A stretch of DNA of 64,000 nucleotides. It comes from Anaerolineae bacterium. GTDB taxonomy: Bacteria; Chloroflexota; Anaerolineae; Aggregatilineales; Phototrophicaceae. The notes under the pieces are model-generated. The model saw only the letters and a list, made by a program, of their open reading frames with translations, was not told the DNA's origin and ran no database searches. The stretch is from positions 12,795 through 76,794 of the forward strand of contig DAOTWC010000081.1 in assembly GCA_034435995.1 (NCBI GenBank), in the 5' to 3' direction. How positions within the stretch are numbered: position 1 is the first letter of the stretch; the number at the start of each line of letters is the position of its first letter. The translations under genes were made by a program, and so were the position numbers. Below are positions 61,688 through 64,000 of the stretch, in pieces.

Positions 61688-63223
61688 CTACAGCCGGCGG
61701 AAGCGGAACATGTGCGCTTCATACGGCCCTAAGTCAATATACAGGCCAGGATCAACCATGCTCGCGCCGGTGCGGATGTAGCGATGGCCGCTGAGCGCGT
61801 CGTCCAGGCTCCAAGTGGCCTGGGCGATGCCGTGCCACGGGCTGAGGTTGATCAGCGCCTGCGCCTGCTGGCCGGTCAGGTTGACGACAACCAGCCGGTG
61901 GTCGTCGTCCTCGCTCCAGCCGTGCGCCACCAAACTCTCGTGCGAGTGGTTGGCCCCCCAGGCCGGCGACAGGTTGAACAGCCGCCAGCGCCCGCGCCCG
62001 TAGATCGGGTCCTGCACTTCGGCCAGCAGGCGGCGGTAGAAAATCTCCAGGCCGTGATCTGCCGGCTCGTCTGGCTGGCGGCCGATCTGCACCGGCAGTT
62101 TGACGCGCCGGCCGCTGAACTGGCCGTCGTGCAGCAGCGTGGCGCCGGGCAGCGTGACCACCAGCACGGCCGCGGGGCGCTGACGCTGCCCACCGAAAAC
62201 ACTGTAAGCGCGCGGCTCGTCGTGGTTTTCGATAAAGCGCACCAGCCGCCGCTGGTATTCGATGGCAGCGATCAGGTGCACGCGCACGTCGCGCGGGGCG
62301 CCGCCGGTCAGCCGGTCGTAGAGCGTCTTGTCATAGCAGTAGTCGAAACCCTGCTGCTGCATCTCGTATTCCATGTTCCAGTAGACTTCGGCGATAAACA
62401 GGAACTCCGGGTGCTGCGCCCGCACCTGGGGGATGATCTCCTCCCAGAACTCGGTTTCAGGCACGTAGTCCTCCAAGTAGTAGCCCTGCCAGGTGTGGCC
62501 GAACACGCGGTTGGTCAGCAGCATGGCCATGTCGCAGCGCACGCCGTCGCACTGGCTGGCGATGTCCAGCAGCGTTTCCAGCGCTGCCTGGCGGAACTCT
62601 GGGCTGAAGGCGTTGACCTGGGCGGTGTCGGCCCAGCCGGGGAAGTACGGGTCGCGGCCGTGGGCGATTACCAGGCTGCGGCCCCAAGCGTCGGTGGCTT
62701 GGAAAAAATCGGAGCGGCGGCGCTTGAGGTCGCGCGGCGTGCCCTGGATCAGACAGGCGGGCCGCTCCCGCACCCAGGGGTGATCGAGCGCCACGTGATT
62801 GGGCACGTAGTCTAAAATCAAGCGCAGGCCGCGCGCCTTGAGGCGGCGGCGCAGGGCGGCCAGCCCCTTGCGCCCGCCTATACGCTGGTCTACCTGGTAG
62901 TCGTGGATGGCGTAGGCCGAGCCGATCACATCCTCATCGGTCAGGTCAGGCAGGGCAGGCTTGTACTCGTGCGCCCACTGGCGGGCGTGGGCGGCAGCGG
63001 CGGGGCTGCGCGCCCACACACCCATCAGCCACACGGTGTTGATGCCGCTGCGCGCCAGGTCTTCCAGGGCGTCGTCGGGCACAGTGGAGAGGGTGATCGG
63101 TCTGCCATAGCGGCGGCTGAGCGTGTTCAGCCAGACCCAGGTGTTGATCTCGTAGATCAGCGGCTTGGGGTGCCAGAGCGTCAAGGCGGAGTCCTCGTTG
63201 GGCGTGGGCGTCACGCGGGCCAT
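61688..63223 (-). CDS. GH13-family alpha-amylase-like glycoside hydrolase
   Basis: Conserved GH13 regions are recognisable: LILDYVPNH (region I), GVRCDMA (II), FIAEVYW (III) and FIENHDEPR (IV). Confidence 0.8.
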   Translation of the reverse strand: MARVTPTPNEDSALTLWHPKPLIYEINTWVWLNTLSRRYGRPITLSTVPDDALEDLARSGINTVWLMGVWARSPAAAAHARQWAHEYKPALPDLTDEDVIGSAYAIHDYQVDQRIGGRKGLAALRRRLKARGLRLILDYVPNHVALDHPWVRERPACLIQGTPRDLKRRRSDFFQATDAWGRSLVIAHGRDPYFPGWADTAQVNAFSPEFRQAALETLLDIASQCDGVRCDMAMLLTNRVFGHTWQGYYLEDYVPETEFWEEIIPQVRAQHPEFLFIAEVYWNMEYEMQQQGFDYCYDKTLYDRLTGGAPRDVRVHLIAAIEYQRRLVRFIENHDEPRAYSVFGGQRQRPAAVLVVTLPGATLLHDGQFSGRRVKLPVQIGRQPDEPADHGLEIFYRRLLAEVQDPIYGRGRWRLFNLSPAWGANHSHESLVAHGWSEDDDHRLVVVNLTGQQAQALINLSPWHGIAQATWSLDDALSGHRYIRTGASMVDPGLYIDLGPYEAHMFRFRRL

Positions 63224-63334
63224 GTTAACGCATGAATAGGTGAAAATAAAGAACTTGTCTTTTTAGGCGCAGTCAAGGCCGGTGTGCCATAACAGGCGCA
63301 GAACCTGCCAACTACGGCTGATGAGGGAGCTGCC

Positions 63335-64000
63335 ATGCCGCTGCGCCGGCTGTCACTGCCGTTTGATATTCTCATGCTTGTGTTCATGCTCAGCGCCGGC
63401 CTGAGCCTGCTGGTCGCCTACGATCGCGATCTGGGCCTGGGCACGCTGATAACAGTGCTGGTCTCTGGCGGGGTGTATTTCGCCGCTGCCCACCTGATCG
63501 GCTCGTGGGAGTGCGTCCGCCGCTTCGGTCTGCTGGTGGTGATCGCAGGCCTGATCTACATCCTCGTTTTCATCCTGCTGTACGGCCACCAGAACTACAT
63601 CGAGACGCCGGGCCTCATCCTGCGCCTGGGCGCGCTCACGACTGCGCTGCCCGCCTTTCCGGTGCACATCCACCCCAACAGCGCGGCGACGGTGGCCGCC
63701 GGCGTGCTGCCGCTGGCGGTGGCGCTGGCGCTGTCCACGCGCCGCAGCGGGGGCCGGGCGCTGTGGTGGATGGGCGTCGCGGCGCTGGCCTACGGGCTGC
63801 TGCTGGCCTTCTCGCGCGGGGCGTTCATCGCGCTGGCGCTGACGCTGCTGCTGGCGCTGGTGACGCTGGTGCTGCCGCGCCGGGCCGCGCTGGCGCTGCT
63901 GGCGCTGATCGCGCTGGGCGCAGCGGCGGCGCTGCTGGTGGGCGGGCCGGCCCTGGAGCGCGCCCTCGATTGGACTTACAGCCGCTACGAGCTGTACCGC
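63335..64000 (+). CDS. O-antigen-ligase/Wzy-like polytopic membrane protein, 3' end outside the window
   Basis: ATG at 63335 has GAGGGAG 5 nt upstream. The frame stays open to the window end (222 codons), so it is absent from the ORF track. It has multiple TM helices, and the segment LLAFSRGAFIALALTLLL is typical of the O-antigen ligase family. Confidence 0.6.
   Translation, partial: MPLRRLSLPFDILMLVFMLSAGLSLLVAYDRDLGLGTLITVLVSGGVYFAAAHLIGSWECVRRFGLLVVIAGLIYILVFILLYGHQNYIETPGLILRLGALTTALPAFPVHIHPNSAATVAAGVLPLAVALALSTRRSGGRALWWMGVAALAYGLLLAFSRGAFIALALTLLLALVTLVLPRRAALALLALIALGAAAALLVGGPALERALDWTYSRYELYR

Overview
This is a high-GC bacterial chromosomal window with compact, mostly well-defined genes: about 55 protein genes and one tRNA. 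I found no rRNA, CRISPR array, transposase or integrase. Several traits suggest a filamentous Chloroflexota-like organism, but that is inference only: giant GAF-rich sensor kinases, Thr/Pro-rich linker proteins, GGGGTGAGG-type nested palindromes between genes, and many ATGA/GTGA start-stop overlaps.

Layout:
- 1-16.6 kb: a translationally coupled array of six GAF-repeat signalling proteins, ending in a 2730-aa hybrid histidine kinase.
- 16.7-20.7 kb: a threonine-synthase-like PLP enzyme fused to a receiver domain, an EamA-type transporter and a second ThrC-like enzyme.
- 21.1-24.7 kb (minus strand): a phosphofructokinase-family gene coupled to two GT4 glycosyltransferases.
- 24.8-25.3 kb: an AT-richer non-coding region packed with DnaA-box-like 9-mers.
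- 25.3-30.4 kb: a signal-less lysozyme/chitosanase-like SH3 protein and a roughly 1290-aa secreted protein with near-identical Thr/Pro-linker repeats.
- 30.5-64 kb: mixed housekeeping and accessory genes. These include a TetR-YceI pair, PBP2, phosphoglucomutase, a single-domain response regulator, DUF427, OsmC, a TIR-domain protein, a metallophosphoesterase, serS, a sugar nucleotidyltransferase, a PspC/LiaF-like pair, tRNA-Leu(CAA), an ECF sigma/anti-sigma pair, NUDIX, DUF1028, an esterase, an eRF1-like (baeRF) protein, a C-terminal J-domain protein and a GH13 amylase.

Most interesting candidates:
- The kinase -> ThrC-receiver fusion -> exporter -> ThrC2 block.
- The recurrent truncated-GAF tail on five consecutive proteins.
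- The oriC-like DnaA-box cluster.
- A 446-bp GC-rich structured leader or ncRNA candidate.
- The TIR and eRF1-like loci.

All domain calls come from reading motifs by eye in the supplied translations. No database search was run.
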